Source of the DNA: Candidatus Melainabacteria bacterium 17Bon1m
GTDB lineage: Bacteria; Cyanobacteriota; Vampirovibrionia; Obscuribacterales; Obscuribacteraceae
Reading direction: 5' to 3'
NCBI GenBank assembly: GCA_032128875.1
Contig: JAVLKG010000003.1
Location: 385,008 to 449,007, forward strand
Length of the DNA: 64,000 bases
This document shows positions 46,837 through 55,982 of the stretch, piece by piece (within the stretch, counting starts at the first letter, position 1; every line of letters starts with the position of its first letter). The notes beneath the pieces were generated by a model. The model ran no database searches. It had not been told where the DNA came from and worked only from the letters and a program-made list of their open reading frames with translations. A program made the translations under genes and the position numbers.

Positions 46837-47325
46837 CTATTTGGTGCCTCTGCTGAAATGCCTCTTCAGGTATTCGTTCACAGGTGGAGGGACAAACTGG
46901 GATACGTCACCGCCGAGGCGGGCAATTTCCTTCACAGTGGATGAACTGATAAAAGAATACTCGGCTTTTGTCATGAGAAAAATAGTTTCTAGTTCAGGAA
47001 AGAGTTGCTTATTCGCCTGCTCCATTCCCAGCTCCGCTTCGAAGTCGGAAATAGCTCGCAGCCCCCGTATCAGAACTTTGATGTCGTTCTGTTTGGCGTA
47101 ATCAACCGTAAGCCCCTGAAAAGAACCTACAGAAACGTTTTTCAGATCTTTTACCGCCTCACTAATCAACTGGGTTCTCACTTCCGGAGGCAGCAGCGGG
47201 GATTTCCCCGGATTGCCGACAACAGCCATGATTACTTCGTCGAAGAGCTTGCTGGACCTCTGGACGATGTCCAGGTGCCCGTAGGTCATGGGATCAAATG
47301 AACCAGGATATATAACTCGGACCAT
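46837..47325 (-). CDS. coaD: Pantetheine-phosphate adenylyltransferase
   Basis: YPGSFDPMTYGHLDI, RGLRAISDFE and SFISSSTVKEIA motifs. Confidence 0.98.
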   Translation of the reverse strand: MVRVIYPGSFDPMTYGHLDIVQRSSKLFDEVIMAVVGNPGKSPLLPPEVRTQLISEAVKDLKNVSVGSFQGLTVDYAKQNDIKVLIRGLRAISDFEAELGMEQANKQLFPELETIFLMTKAEYSFISSSTVKEIARLGGDVSQFVPPPVNEYLKRHFSRGTK

Positions 47326-47565
47326 GATCCTATGTATTCCGGATAGACCAAGAATCGGTCAAGAACTGTCAACTGACACGGCTTTTGGCCTTGTCAATGG
47401 AGCAATGATAACACGGCAATTTCTTGGAAACGCGGCGGGGAGGCCATATATTGCTAATAATCCCGCGGCGCGAATGTCAAGCGGAATTAATGCCTACAAA
47501 ACGCGCGGAGATTCGCCTTTTACGCGTCGAGTTTCGCAAAGACACTCAGGTGAGAAAAAACAAAT

Positions 47566-49560
47566 TTATGAAGCTAGTTCGTGAGAAGCGACATTTGGCT
47601 TAGCCAGTGCGTTTTCTTCCGATGCAGAAAGGTTTGCTTCTGCGGAATCATCATTCAGCGGGTCAACTTCTTCATATGGATTGCCGGTAGGCAGGAAGAA
47701 TGAGAAGGTAGAACCCTGACCCAGCGCCGATTCAACGGTTACCCGTCCTTTGTGCTTTTCAATAATCTTGGTGACGATGGTTAAGCCCAAACCTGTTCCT
47801 TTGATCGTATGAACCTTTCGCTCAACTCTATAGAAGCGGTCAAAAATCTGTGGCAAGCATTCCTCGGGAATGCCAATCCCGTTATCTTTTATGGCGACCT
47901 GAACCTCTTTAGTTTCCGTCAGGTGATTGATCAGCACTTCGATCGTGCCGCCGGCGGGCGTATATTTGATCGCGTTGGTGAGAAGATTTATAGCTACGCG
48001 TTCAATCGATTCGCGATTCATATATACATCAGGTACGTCCGGACCTTGCGTAACTTTCAATTCCAGTTCGCGGTCGCGCGCCATTAGATTGACTGAGCGC
48101 ACGGCTTGCTCGACTGCATCGAAAACTGGGAAAGCAATGAGTTCCAGTTCTCTGTCGCCCTCTTCAATGCGGCTGAGTTCAAGTACGTCATTGACCAGAT
48201 ACATCAAGCGGTCTGCTTCGTTGTCGATAATGTCTAAGAATTCGCGATAGATATCGGGATCTAATTTCTCACCGTGATTGCAGAGCGTGTCTACGTAAGT
48301 TTTGATTGATGTAATGGGTGTGCGCAATTCGTGCGAAACGTTCGATATAAACTCGTTCTTCATCTTCTCGAGCTCTGCTTCGCGCGTTACGTCGTGCATG
48401 ATCATTACCGAACCAAGGAATTCTTGATTCAAGCTAATTGGCGCAATGTGCATGCGAACGGTTAGGTCACCCAAGTGAATCGATTGCACGACTGGTTCGA
48501 GCGTGCCAGGCGAAACCGTGTCAGTGAAAGCCTGAACGATGTGACAGATCGCCGGAGAATCTGGTTCTTCAGTACAAAAAATAAGTGGTTTACCGAGCAA
48601 TTCTTTCGCTTCTTTGGCGAACAATTGCGTTGCTGCAGCGTTGACTATTTGCACCTTGTTGTCGCGGTCGCAGACGACGACGCCGTCGGCGATTGACATA
48701 AGCACTAGTTCTAGCTTGTTGCGCTCGGAGATGTATTTGTTTCTCTCTGCCATTAGCGTGTCGACGTTTTGCTTGTCGTACTGCTGCAGACGGCTCGACA
48801 TGTAGTTGAAAGCATTGACTACGTGGTCGATTTCGCGACCTGCGCGTTGTGATTTGATCTGGTGTCCAAAACGCCCGGCAGCAATTTCACTGGCACCTTG
48901 CGAAAGAATTCTCAAAGGGCGATTGATCAGTGCATAGTTAGCCCACAATCCAAGGGCACCTAAAAGTCCGACCAGACCAAATATTGAAACGAGGAAGTTG
49001 CGAGTTTCTTTTTGCGTTCCAAGAATCGTGAATGCATTGCTGTCCAATCCAACCCAGCACATGCCGAGCTTTTCGTTGTTTTTCTCCATCGGCACAGCAA
49101 TATTGGTAACAGGTCTGTATCCGTATGGGCTCGCGTACACGTTGGGTGTGGCGTATTTGCCGGGCGGTTCTTTGAAGATGGGAAAGAGCGGACGAGTGTC
49201 TTTGTTTCTGGACCGCAGGGACTCGCTATCCAGCATCACTTTGCCGGATGCGTCGCAGAAGACGATATAAACAATCGAAGGGGTCTTCTGGCACTCGGTC
49301 AAAATGTAGTATTTGAGACCTTCCAGGTTGCCGTCATGAGTGAGTGATTCAGCGCCACCTCGGGCAAGAGCGTGAGCCAGAGCGACTCCGAACTGCTCTA
49401 CGGACTGGTTGAGGACGCGCTGAGCGCGGTCGACCCAGACCCAGGCTGTAAATGTGACGAGTGCAGAGATGCTCAAAATGCCGAGCACGAGCAATTGCTT
49501 TTGCGCCGAAACACGCGCCCACATGACTATGAGCTTATCGAGCGTGCGTGGAGCTTTCAA
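47566..49560 (-). CDS. nblS: Sensor histidine kinase, NblS/Hik33-like (2 TM, HAMP, PAS, HisKA, HATPase)
   Basis: SIADG PAS start; FISNVSHELRTP H-box; FDRFYRVERKVHTIKGTGLGL closely resembles the NblS RVENRVHTLEGTGLGL segment; length and architecture agree. Confidence 0.75.
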   Translation of the reverse strand: MKAPRTLDKLIVMWARVSAQKQLLVLGILSISALVTFTAWVWVDRAQRVLNQSVEQFGVALAHALARGGAESLTHDGNLEGLKYYILTECQKTPSIVYIVFCDASGKVMLDSESLRSRNKDTRPLFPIFKEPPGKYATPNVYASPYGYRPVTNIAVPMEKNNEKLGMCWVGLDSNAFTILGTQKETRNFLVSIFGLVGLLGALGLWANYALINRPLRILSQGASEIAAGRFGHQIKSQRAGREIDHVVNAFNYMSSRLQQYDKQNVDTLMAERNKYISERNKLELVLMSIADGVVVCDRDNKVQIVNAAATQLFAKEAKELLGKPLIFCTEEPDSPAICHIVQAFTDTVSPGTLEPVVQSIHLGDLTVRMHIAPISLNQEFLGSVMIMHDVTREAELEKMKNEFISNVSHELRTPITSIKTYVDTLCNHGEKLDPDIYREFLDIIDNEADRLMYLVNDVLELSRIEEGDRELELIAFPVFDAVEQAVRSVNLMARDRELELKVTQGPDVPDVYMNRESIERVAINLLTNAIKYTPAGGTIEVLINHLTETKEVQVAIKDNGIGIPEECLPQIFDRFYRVERKVHTIKGTGLGLTIVTKIIEKHKGRVTVESALGQGSTFSFFLPTGNPYEEVDPLNDDSAEANLSASEENALAKPNVASHELAS

Positions 49561-49844
49561 ATGCTGAGGCGGTTCTTTGGTACTGATGACCGAATCCTCT
49601 TTATGGGTGATGCGCGAGTGCCTTGGAATGCGCTATTTCCTGGTATATGCCTACCCGTTTTGCAGTTCGGCAGTGACAATGTGAAAACCTTGGCCTAGAC
49701 CAATTCTATCGGAATTAACCTTCTGCACTCCACAACTGTGGCGAATTCCAAAGCACCGGATGGTTTAAATCCTTGTTGTCAGGGGAAAAACCGGAGAGGG
49801 GGGGCAAGAAGCGAATCCATAGCCATAGGAACCCATGTATAGAT

Positions 49845-50663
49845 ATGGAAACCTCTTTTCCCGAGACTAAAACTGCCAGCAAACGCTCGCCAAAGCAGGC
49901 TCCTGCCTACCTAAAGGAGGAAGAGACTGACGATTTGGTTCGCCAATACATGCCTCTGGTGCGGCAATTCGCCCGGCGGTATGCGCAGTTTAATCCCGAC
50001 TACACCGAAGACCTCACCCAGGTTGGCTCGATCGGGCTCCTCAAAGCTATTAAATATTATGATCCGCGCAGAGCGCGCTCTGCCAGCTTCAAGACACTCG
50101 CCACTTGCTACATAAGAGGCGAGATTCGTCATTATCTGCGTGATCATTGCTCGCTGGTGCAGGTTCCGCGCCGCTTGACCGAGATGAATTCTCAGCTGTC
50201 TCAGCTTGAAGAGAAGTTGACGAAAGTCTTGGACCACGTCCCGTCTGTAAACGAGCTGGCAATCTACTCCGGCTTTACTGTTCAGGAAGTGCTGGAAGCG
50301 CAACAGTCGTGGGAAGCGCGCATACATTACGAGTCTTTCGATTCGCAGAATGAAGATGACGACCGAGAAGACCGGCGCAGTTTGAGTGAAACGGTGCCCG
50401 ACAAGCGTTATCAAGAACAATTGTCGTCGAACGAAGAGCGCGAACTCGTTGCGCAGGCGCTTAAGAAGCTGGGTGACAGGACTCGCCAGATTGTCGAGTT
50501 CGTCTACTTCTATGACCTTTCGCAAAAGGAAACGGCTACTGTGCTTGGTCTTTCAGAGATGGGTGTGTCGCGCGCCGTGCACACAGGACTGAAACGACTG
50601 AAGGAAATCATGCAGAACGAGGGCGTGATGTCTCAGCGCAAATGCGCTCCGCCTGAACAGTAG
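49845..50663 (+). CDS. RNA polymerase sigma factor, SigB/SigF/SigG family (cyanobacterial SigF/SigJ-like)
   Basis: EDLTQVGSIGLLKAI, YIRGEIRHYLRD and region 4 DLSQKETATVLGLSEMGVSR. Confidence 0.9.
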   Translation: METSFPETKTASKRSPKQAPAYLKEEETDDLVRQYMPLVRQFARRYAQFNPDYTEDLTQVGSIGLLKAIKYYDPRRARSASFKTLATCYIRGEIRHYLRDHCSLVQVPRRLTEMNSQLSQLEEKLTKVLDHVPSVNELAIYSGFTVQEVLEAQQSWEARIHYESFDSQNEDDDREDRRSLSETVPDKRYQEQLSSNEERELVAQALKKLGDRTRQIVEFVYFYDLSQKETATVLGLSEMGVSRAVHTGLKRLKEIMQNEGVMSQRKCAPPEQ

Positions 50664-50684
50664 CCGCGACTTCAATGTATTCAC

Positions 50685-50859
50685 GTTGAGGGATTTTCTC
50701 AGGTTTTTCCCTCAACATGCTTCGAGCAAGAAAGCCACAGGTGGGGCTCGGCATTAACGTTGCAACTTCTGGAAGTCTTTGATTTCCCAGAAGTCTCTTC
50801 TACGCTCAAAAAACCTTGACTCAGGTTGAGGGATTTTCTCAAGAAAATCCCTCAACCTG
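50685..50859. repeat. Three intergenic inverted repeats; two share GTTGAGGGATTTTCTCA...TCCCTCAAC
   Basis: 50685-50716 imperfect; 50765-50794 ACTTCTGG..CCAGAAGT; 50822-50859 with perfect 18-bp arms. Confidence 0.8.
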
Positions 50860-50918
50860 GAATTATTGAAGTCCAGAAATACATTGTCGTAATTCTTGAA
50901 TTCGGCTGGATGTCAAGA

Positions 50919-50946
50919 TTGACAACCATTTAAACCCTGCTAACAT
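50919..50946 (+). promoter_or_regulatory. Candidate sigma70-type promoter
   Basis: TTGACA, 16-bp spacer, extended -10 TGcTAACAT; the -35 box is part of the palindrome TGTCAA-GA-TTGACA. Confidence 0.5.
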
Positions 50947-51195
50947 TTGGCTTTTAGAACGGCGGGCTTACATTAAAACCCAGTCCCCAAGCCGTATATC
51001 CAGCGGAACCACTTTTACTACATTTTGGGTGAGGAACAGATAATGCCGACCGGCGGCGAGTCTATAGTGGCACTCGAGCATTTGGATAGCCATATTAAGG
51101 CCATATTGAAGCTTAAGCTGCGCGCTTTCGTGCACCTAAATCCCTGCTTCGACAGTATGCATTCTATAGATGCAAGCAGGGGACTGACACATACA

Positions 51196-51429
51196 ATGCG
51201 CAGTACTATCGAAACACCCGTTCTTTTATCTCGGACCTCGCCGGAAAAGCCACCCGTGTTGGACTTTCCGCCGATTCCAGAAAAAGACTTGTATTCAGCG
51301 GCGCCGGAAATACCCCAGGTTGAACAGTTTTCCCCAGAGCTGCCTTATTCGATAGAAGCTATTGCGCAACCGGCAGATTGCCGTAATCGCCTTGCTGTTC
51401 AGCGGTTGCGCCGCCGCGCCAGAGTTTGA
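51196..51429 (+). CDS. Small Pro-rich hypothetical protein (77 aa)
   Basis: ATG with AGGGGA upstream, inside the 134-aa ORF; basic C-terminus; no family recognised. Confidence 0.45.
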   Translation: MRSTIETPVLLSRTSPEKPPVLDFPPIPEKDLYSAAPEIPQVEQFSPELPYSIEAIAQPADCRNRLAVQRLRRRARV

Positions 51430-51610
51430 AAACTTTCCGGAGGGGAGCCGCATGCGGCTTCCGGGTTTGAAAACATTCCGTAAGGGAGCCGCATGCAACT
51501 TCCGGGTTTGAAAACTTTCCGTAAGGGAGCCGCATGCGGCTCCCGGGTCAGGGAGGCGCATGCGCCTCCCCTACTTAAGTTGAAGGGCGACGCCTGGCGC
51601 CGCCCCTACA
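51425..51610. repeat. REP-derived array: 3 x 41-bp tandem units plus two inverted REP palindromes
   Basis: TTTGAAAAC(T/A)TTCCG(G/T)A(G/A)GGGAGCCGCATGC...CCGGG at 51425, 51466 and 51507; then GGGAGGCGCATGCGCCTCCCCTAC and GGGCGACGCCTGGCGCCGCCCCTAC. Confidence 0.9.
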
Positions 51611-51613
51611 TAA

Positions 51614-51688
51614 TGGTCGGGACGAGAGGAATTGAACCTCCGGCCTCACCCACCCCAAAGGTGCGCGCTACCCCTGCGCCACGTCCCG
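51614..51688 (-). tRNA. tRNA-Pro (anticodon GGG)
   Basis: Cloverleaf CGGGACG-TG-GCGC-AGGGGTA-GCGC-G-CACCT-TTGGGGT-GGGTG-AGGCC-GGAGG-TTCAATT-CCTCT-CGTCCCG-ACCA. Confidence 0.96.
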
Positions 51689-51751
51689 CAACGCATCTGA
51701 ACGCAATTATACTATGATGATTACTTGTTTCCGGAGTCATAACTAAACAAG

Positions 51752-54082
51752 GTGCAATTTAGCCCAACCGATCTCTTCGCTTTTCAGCTCGACGATTTCC
51801 AGCTCGAGGCAATCAAGCACCTTGAGGAAGGCAAGAGTGTAGTTGTCTGTGCTCCAACAGGCGCCGGAAAGACCGTCATTGCCGAGTACGCAATTGAGCA
51901 AGCGCTGAGCATGAACAAGCGCTGCTACTACACGACACCTCTAAAAGCACTTTCCAACCAGAAGTTCCATGACTTCCGAGCCAAGTATGGCGATGACAAG
52001 GTCGGCTTGTTAACGGGCGACATCTCCATAAATCGTGATGGACGAGTCGTTGTTATGACGACTGAAGTTTTTCGCAACATGTTGTACGGCACCATTCTTG
52101 GTGACAAGAGAAAAAACTTGCAAGATGTTTCGTCCGTCGTTTTGGACGAATGCCACTATATGAATGACCCAGAACGTGGCACGGTTTGGGAAGAATCTAT
52201 CATCTACGCTCCCAAAGATATTCAGCTCGTGGCTCTTTCCGCAACTGTTGCGAATGCTGACGAATTGACCACATGGATAGACGAAACTCATGGACCTACT
52301 GCGCTGGTTCTATCGAGTTTTCGCCCCGTGCCACTGCGTTTTTATTATTTTGGCGATCGGCGCATCTATCCTCTTCTGAGCCCCGGCAAAGTGGTTAACA
52401 CGTTGCTGAAAAACAGATTTGGTGCAAAGAAGCAGATGCATCGTGATCGCAAGCATCGCTCGATTCCTGCATTGGGAGCGCACCCCGGTGATGTTCTTGG
52501 GCAACTCTCTGCCCGTAACATGTTGCCTGCAATTTACTTTTTATTTTCCAGGCGCGGCTGCGAAGATGCAATGAAAAAGGCGCGCGGCATTCCTCTGCTT
52601 TCTAAAGAAGAACAAGCAGAGCTCAAGATTGCCGTCGACAAATTTGTCATTGAATACCCCAACCTAAGAAATCACCCGCACCTTCCATATCTGTTCGAAG
52701 GTATGTCGGTTCACCACGCCGGGATGTTGCCCAGTTGGAAGGCGATGGTAGAAAAGCTCTTCATTCGTGGATTGCTGAAGGTTGTCTTCGCCACCGAAAC
52801 ACTCGCTGCTGGAATAAATATGCCGGCACGTACGACTGTTATCAGCTCGATTTCTAAACGTGCAGACGAGGGGCATCGTCAGTTGCGCGCTTCCGAGTTT
52901 CTCCAGATGTCCGGTCGCGCTGGGCGACGGGGAATGGACGAAGTCGGCAATGTTGTCGTTCTGCACCATCCATTCGAGAGTGTCGAAGATGGCGCTAAGT
53001 TGGCGACGGCAGAAGCTGATCCGCTTTCCAGTCGTTTTACTCCATCTTATGGAATGGTCTTGAACCTGCTCGAGCGTCATACGCTTGATGAGGCGCGTGA
53101 TTTAATCGAACGCAGTTTTGGACAGTTTCTCATCAACCATCAGTTAGAACCCTTGTACGAACAAAAGATGGGCTGGGAGAAAGAACTCGAGCGCATGAAA
53201 GATCCGCTCTGCCCGGATGTAATCGGCGATTTGCCTCTTTACGCAAAGCGCTTGGAAGCAATCCGTGCGAAGCACAAACAACTTAAAAGTATGGAACGCG
53301 GTCTTAAGCAGGGCAAAGGTCAGGTTGATCCCTCCGCACAAGATGCTCTCAATCAAGTGCGCAACGATATTTCTGCATTGCTCGCAGAAGCTTATGCCAT
53401 GCCTTGTCACGGTTGTCCTGTGCAAAAACCTTGCAGCAAGCAGACTGAGCGCGAGCGTCAACTCGACCGCCGCATCAAAGAATTTGACAGAAGAATTCAG
53501 AGAGAAACTACAAAGTATTGGCGCACGTTTGTGGCGCTCACGGATATCTTGCGTTTGAAAGGTTATCTCGATGGAGACAAGCCAACGAAATATGGGCAAA
53601 TGGCGTCTTCCATCAGGGGAACGAACGAACTCTTCCTTTGCGAAGTTGCGATAAATGGATTGCTCGATCATCTCAATCCGGCGCAATTCGCCGCGATGAT
53701 GACAGCCCTTGTGACTGAAGAAGGGCGCTTGCACGAACCTATTCGAACGCGCGTCAGTCCTGAAGCAGAGCTTGCCTTTGAAAAGATCGGCAAGCTAGGC
53801 AGAGAATTATTCAGAACACAAAGAGACTTCGATGTAGATATTCCGATTTCAATTGCTCCTACTTTTTCCGGTCTCACGGAAATGTGGGCGCAAGGCGCAA
53901 CCTGGGAGCAGATGCGATTGGCCACGTCGTACGATGAAGGCGATGTGGTGAGAGCTTTGAGGCGAACTGTAGATCTTTGTCGTCAATTCAATCGTGCACC
54001 AAACGTGCCGGAGAAATTTATGATGATGTGCATGCAGGCAGAGCGTCTGATTTCACGCGATGAAGTGAAAGAAGATTTTTAA
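51752..54082 (+). CDS. Ski2/HelY-type DEAD/DEAH-box RNA helicase with DSHCT domain
   Basis: APTGAGKT, TPLKALSNQK, DECH, LSAT, TETLAAGINMPA, QMSGRAGRRG and C-terminal DEGDVVR. Confidence 0.95.
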   Translation: MQFSPTDLFAFQLDDFQLEAIKHLEEGKSVVVCAPTGAGKTVIAEYAIEQALSMNKRCYYTTPLKALSNQKFHDFRAKYGDDKVGLLTGDISINRDGRVVVMTTEVFRNMLYGTILGDKRKNLQDVSSVVLDECHYMNDPERGTVWEESIIYAPKDIQLVALSATVANADELTTWIDETHGPTALVLSSFRPVPLRFYYFGDRRIYPLLSPGKVVNTLLKNRFGAKKQMHRDRKHRSIPALGAHPGDVLGQLSARNMLPAIYFLFSRRGCEDAMKKARGIPLLSKEEQAELKIAVDKFVIEYPNLRNHPHLPYLFEGMSVHHAGMLPSWKAMVEKLFIRGLLKVVFATETLAAGINMPARTTVISSISKRADEGHRQLRASEFLQMSGRAGRRGMDEVGNVVVLHHPFESVEDGAKLATAEADPLSSRFTPSYGMVLNLLERHTLDEARDLIERSFGQFLINHQLEPLYEQKMGWEKELERMKDPLCPDVIGDLPLYAKRLEAIRAKHKQLKSMERGLKQGKGQVDPSAQDALNQVRNDISALLAEAYAMPCHGCPVQKPCSKQTERERQLDRRIKEFDRRIQRETTKYWRTFVALTDILRLKGYLDGDKPTKYGQMASSIRGTNELFLCEVAINGLLDHLNPAQFAAMMTALVTEEGRLHEPIRTRVSPEAELAFEKIGKLGRELFRTQRDFDVDIPISIAPTFSGLTEMWAQGATWEQMRLATSYDEGDVVRALRRTVDLCRQFNRAPNVPEKFMMMCMQAERLISRDEVKEDF

Positions 54083-55002
54083 TGGCAAGTCTTCGTACTC
54101 GATCCGTTTCTTTAGCCATTCTCCTTTGCCTTTCGATGCCACTCGCTGAGAGTAAGCACCGACGCGATGATCCTCATTTGGCGCGAATGAAGGAAATTCA
54201 CCGTGAGGTGAAGGAAGGAAGAGCACAAGCTGTTCTGTATGAATTGGAATCGATGACAAGGAATAATCCAAAGGATGTCGAGGCCTGGATTTTGCTGAGC
54301 AAGGTTTATACAGACCTTGATATGAGCAGCAGTGGCGGCAAGATGATCGGCAAAGCAATGGATGCTGCGAAAAGTGCTGTAGCTGCGGCGCCCACGAATA
54401 GCACGGCGTTGAAAACACTAGCGGAACTTCATGCCCAACGCGGCAACTTCAAGGAAGCGTTGACGTTGATTGACAGAGCTATAGCCTCACCCAATCAAGA
54501 TCCTTTCGTGTACAAATCGAAGGCGTTGATGCTCAGTGAGATCAAACGAGACAAAGAAGCAGTAGTAGCTTGGGATAAGTTTGCGAGCATTCATCCTGCC
54601 GCCAACACCAGTCCTAATCAGATGGACGACGGTGCTTTGATTTACGCTCGCGGTGGACTGACCGACAAAGCTTGCGCGTTGTACGACAAATTGAACGCGG
54701 TACAACCGAGCGAAAAGTGGATTTTGAAAAAGGCGGAAGCCTACGATATGGGCGGAAAGACGAAGGAGGCGATAGCTGTTTATACAGAGTTGATACGCCT
54801 CCATCCGAGTGACGAACTTGCGCTTATGGAGCGAGCAAAATTGAAATCGAAGCTCGGGAAACACAAAGAAGCGCTGGTGGATATGGACGCGGCGATTAAG
54901 GAGATGCCTACGTCGAAGATGTATTTGGAGCGCGCAGGCATTTACGAAAAGCTGGGCAACGCAAAAATGGCTCAGCGTGACAGAGAGAAGGCTCGCGAGT
55001 AA
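54082..55002 (+). CDS. Exported tetratricopeptide-repeat protein
   Basis: Signal peptide; repeated TPR helices; 1-bp overlap with the helicase stop codon. Confidence 0.8.
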   Translation: MASLRTRSVSLAILLCLSMPLAESKHRRDDPHLARMKEIHREVKEGRAQAVLYELESMTRNNPKDVEAWILLSKVYTDLDMSSSGGKMIGKAMDAAKSAVAAAPTNSTALKTLAELHAQRGNFKEALTLIDRAIASPNQDPFVYKSKALMLSEIKRDKEAVVAWDKFASIHPAANTSPNQMDDGALIYARGGLTDKACALYDKLNAVQPSEKWILKKAEAYDMGGKTKEAIAVYTELIRLHPSDELALMERAKLKSKLGKHKEALVDMDAAIKEMPTSKMYLERAGIYEKLGNAKMAQRDREKARE

Positions 55003-55126
55003 AAGTAGCGCACTCTGTGTTTATCGGATATCGGTCAGCAACACTACCACTCGTTGAAAACGGTTGAGAAATTCGCTAAAGTTTCTTTCTCGAAACTATG
55101 CGCCGACCGTGAGAAGGAGTGTAACC

Positions 55127-55846
55127 TTGAAGTGGAATCGTCAGACTGCAGCCTCATTTGTCTTGTCGTTTTCAGCTACCGCGGCCTTGGCTGCTGACGC
55201 CAATGCCGAATGGGCGCAGGCACAGCAGCTTTTCCAAAGTGGGGACTTCAATCGGGCTTTGCCAGCTCTACTTTCTCTCGATAAGACGTTTCCCAGCAAT
55301 GTCAAACTGCACTACATGATTGGCATGAGCTACAAAAATATCGGTAAACCTGCTCAAGCTGAGCGTGAATTGGGTTGGGTTTCCTCCTATGCGCAAGATG
55401 CAGCGCTTAAACAATCCGCTCTCACGGCGCTTTCGGAGTTGAAGTCGAATGCGGACTTGGCTCGTGCGAAAAAGAGCGAAGAAGAGAAGGCTGCAGCTGC
55501 GACGACAGCCGCAGCGGGCAAGAAATCATCAAATCCGTTGGAAATTTTTGCTGGTGGATTGCCGCCTTCCAAGGCTTTGGTCCACGACTCTGTCGGTGCA
55601 ACGGTTCAAGAAGCTTACAAAAAGGGTTGGAAGCCTTGCACAAATTCTCGTTGCCTCAATTATTCAAAACCAGGATGGCAGAAAATGAGTGTGGCAGGGC
55701 ATCCCGATACGGATATTTGGATGAGTTTCGGACGAATGGCTTTTAGTCAAAATCATATCGGCGACATTATTGATACGGCAGGCGGAGACGCACGCGATAC
55801 TGGTCCTTGCATGACTTGTTTGGGCACAGGCTGGGTCAAGAAGTAA
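55127..55846 (+). CDS. Exported protein with N-terminal TPR and C-terminal Cys-rich module
   Basis: TTG start after AGGAG; signal peptide; TPR-like LHYMIGMSYKNIGK; CxxxxC...CxxCxGxG. Confidence 0.7.
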   Translation: MKWNRQTAASFVLSFSATAALAADANAEWAQAQQLFQSGDFNRALPALLSLDKTFPSNVKLHYMIGMSYKNIGKPAQAERELGWVSSYAQDAALKQSALTALSELKSNADLARAKKSEEEKAAAATTAAAGKKSSNPLEIFAGGLPPSKALVHDSVGATVQEAYKKGWKPCTNSRCLNYSKPGWQKMSVAGHPDTDIWMSFGRMAFSQNHIGDIIDTAGGDARDTGPCMTCLGTGWVKK

Positions 55847-55982
55847 GCGCTTCTGGTAGAAGTTGAGAAGCACCCTTGCGATGCAAGCTTTCCCGCTCTT
55901 TCGCCATTGCATGCCAACAGGATACAATTTCCAACCTGTTTGTGTCCGTTTGGACGGGCGTTTTGGGAATTGGTTCTGAGCG

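Noticed and set aside
51425-51547. Possible CRISPR array
   Set aside because: Only three units, the intervening sequences are near-identical rather than unique spacers, no cas genes are present, and the core matches the REP family.
51614-51688. Integrated element at tRNA-Pro
   Set aside because: No integrase nearby and no duplicated tRNA 3' end (att site) noticed in the window.
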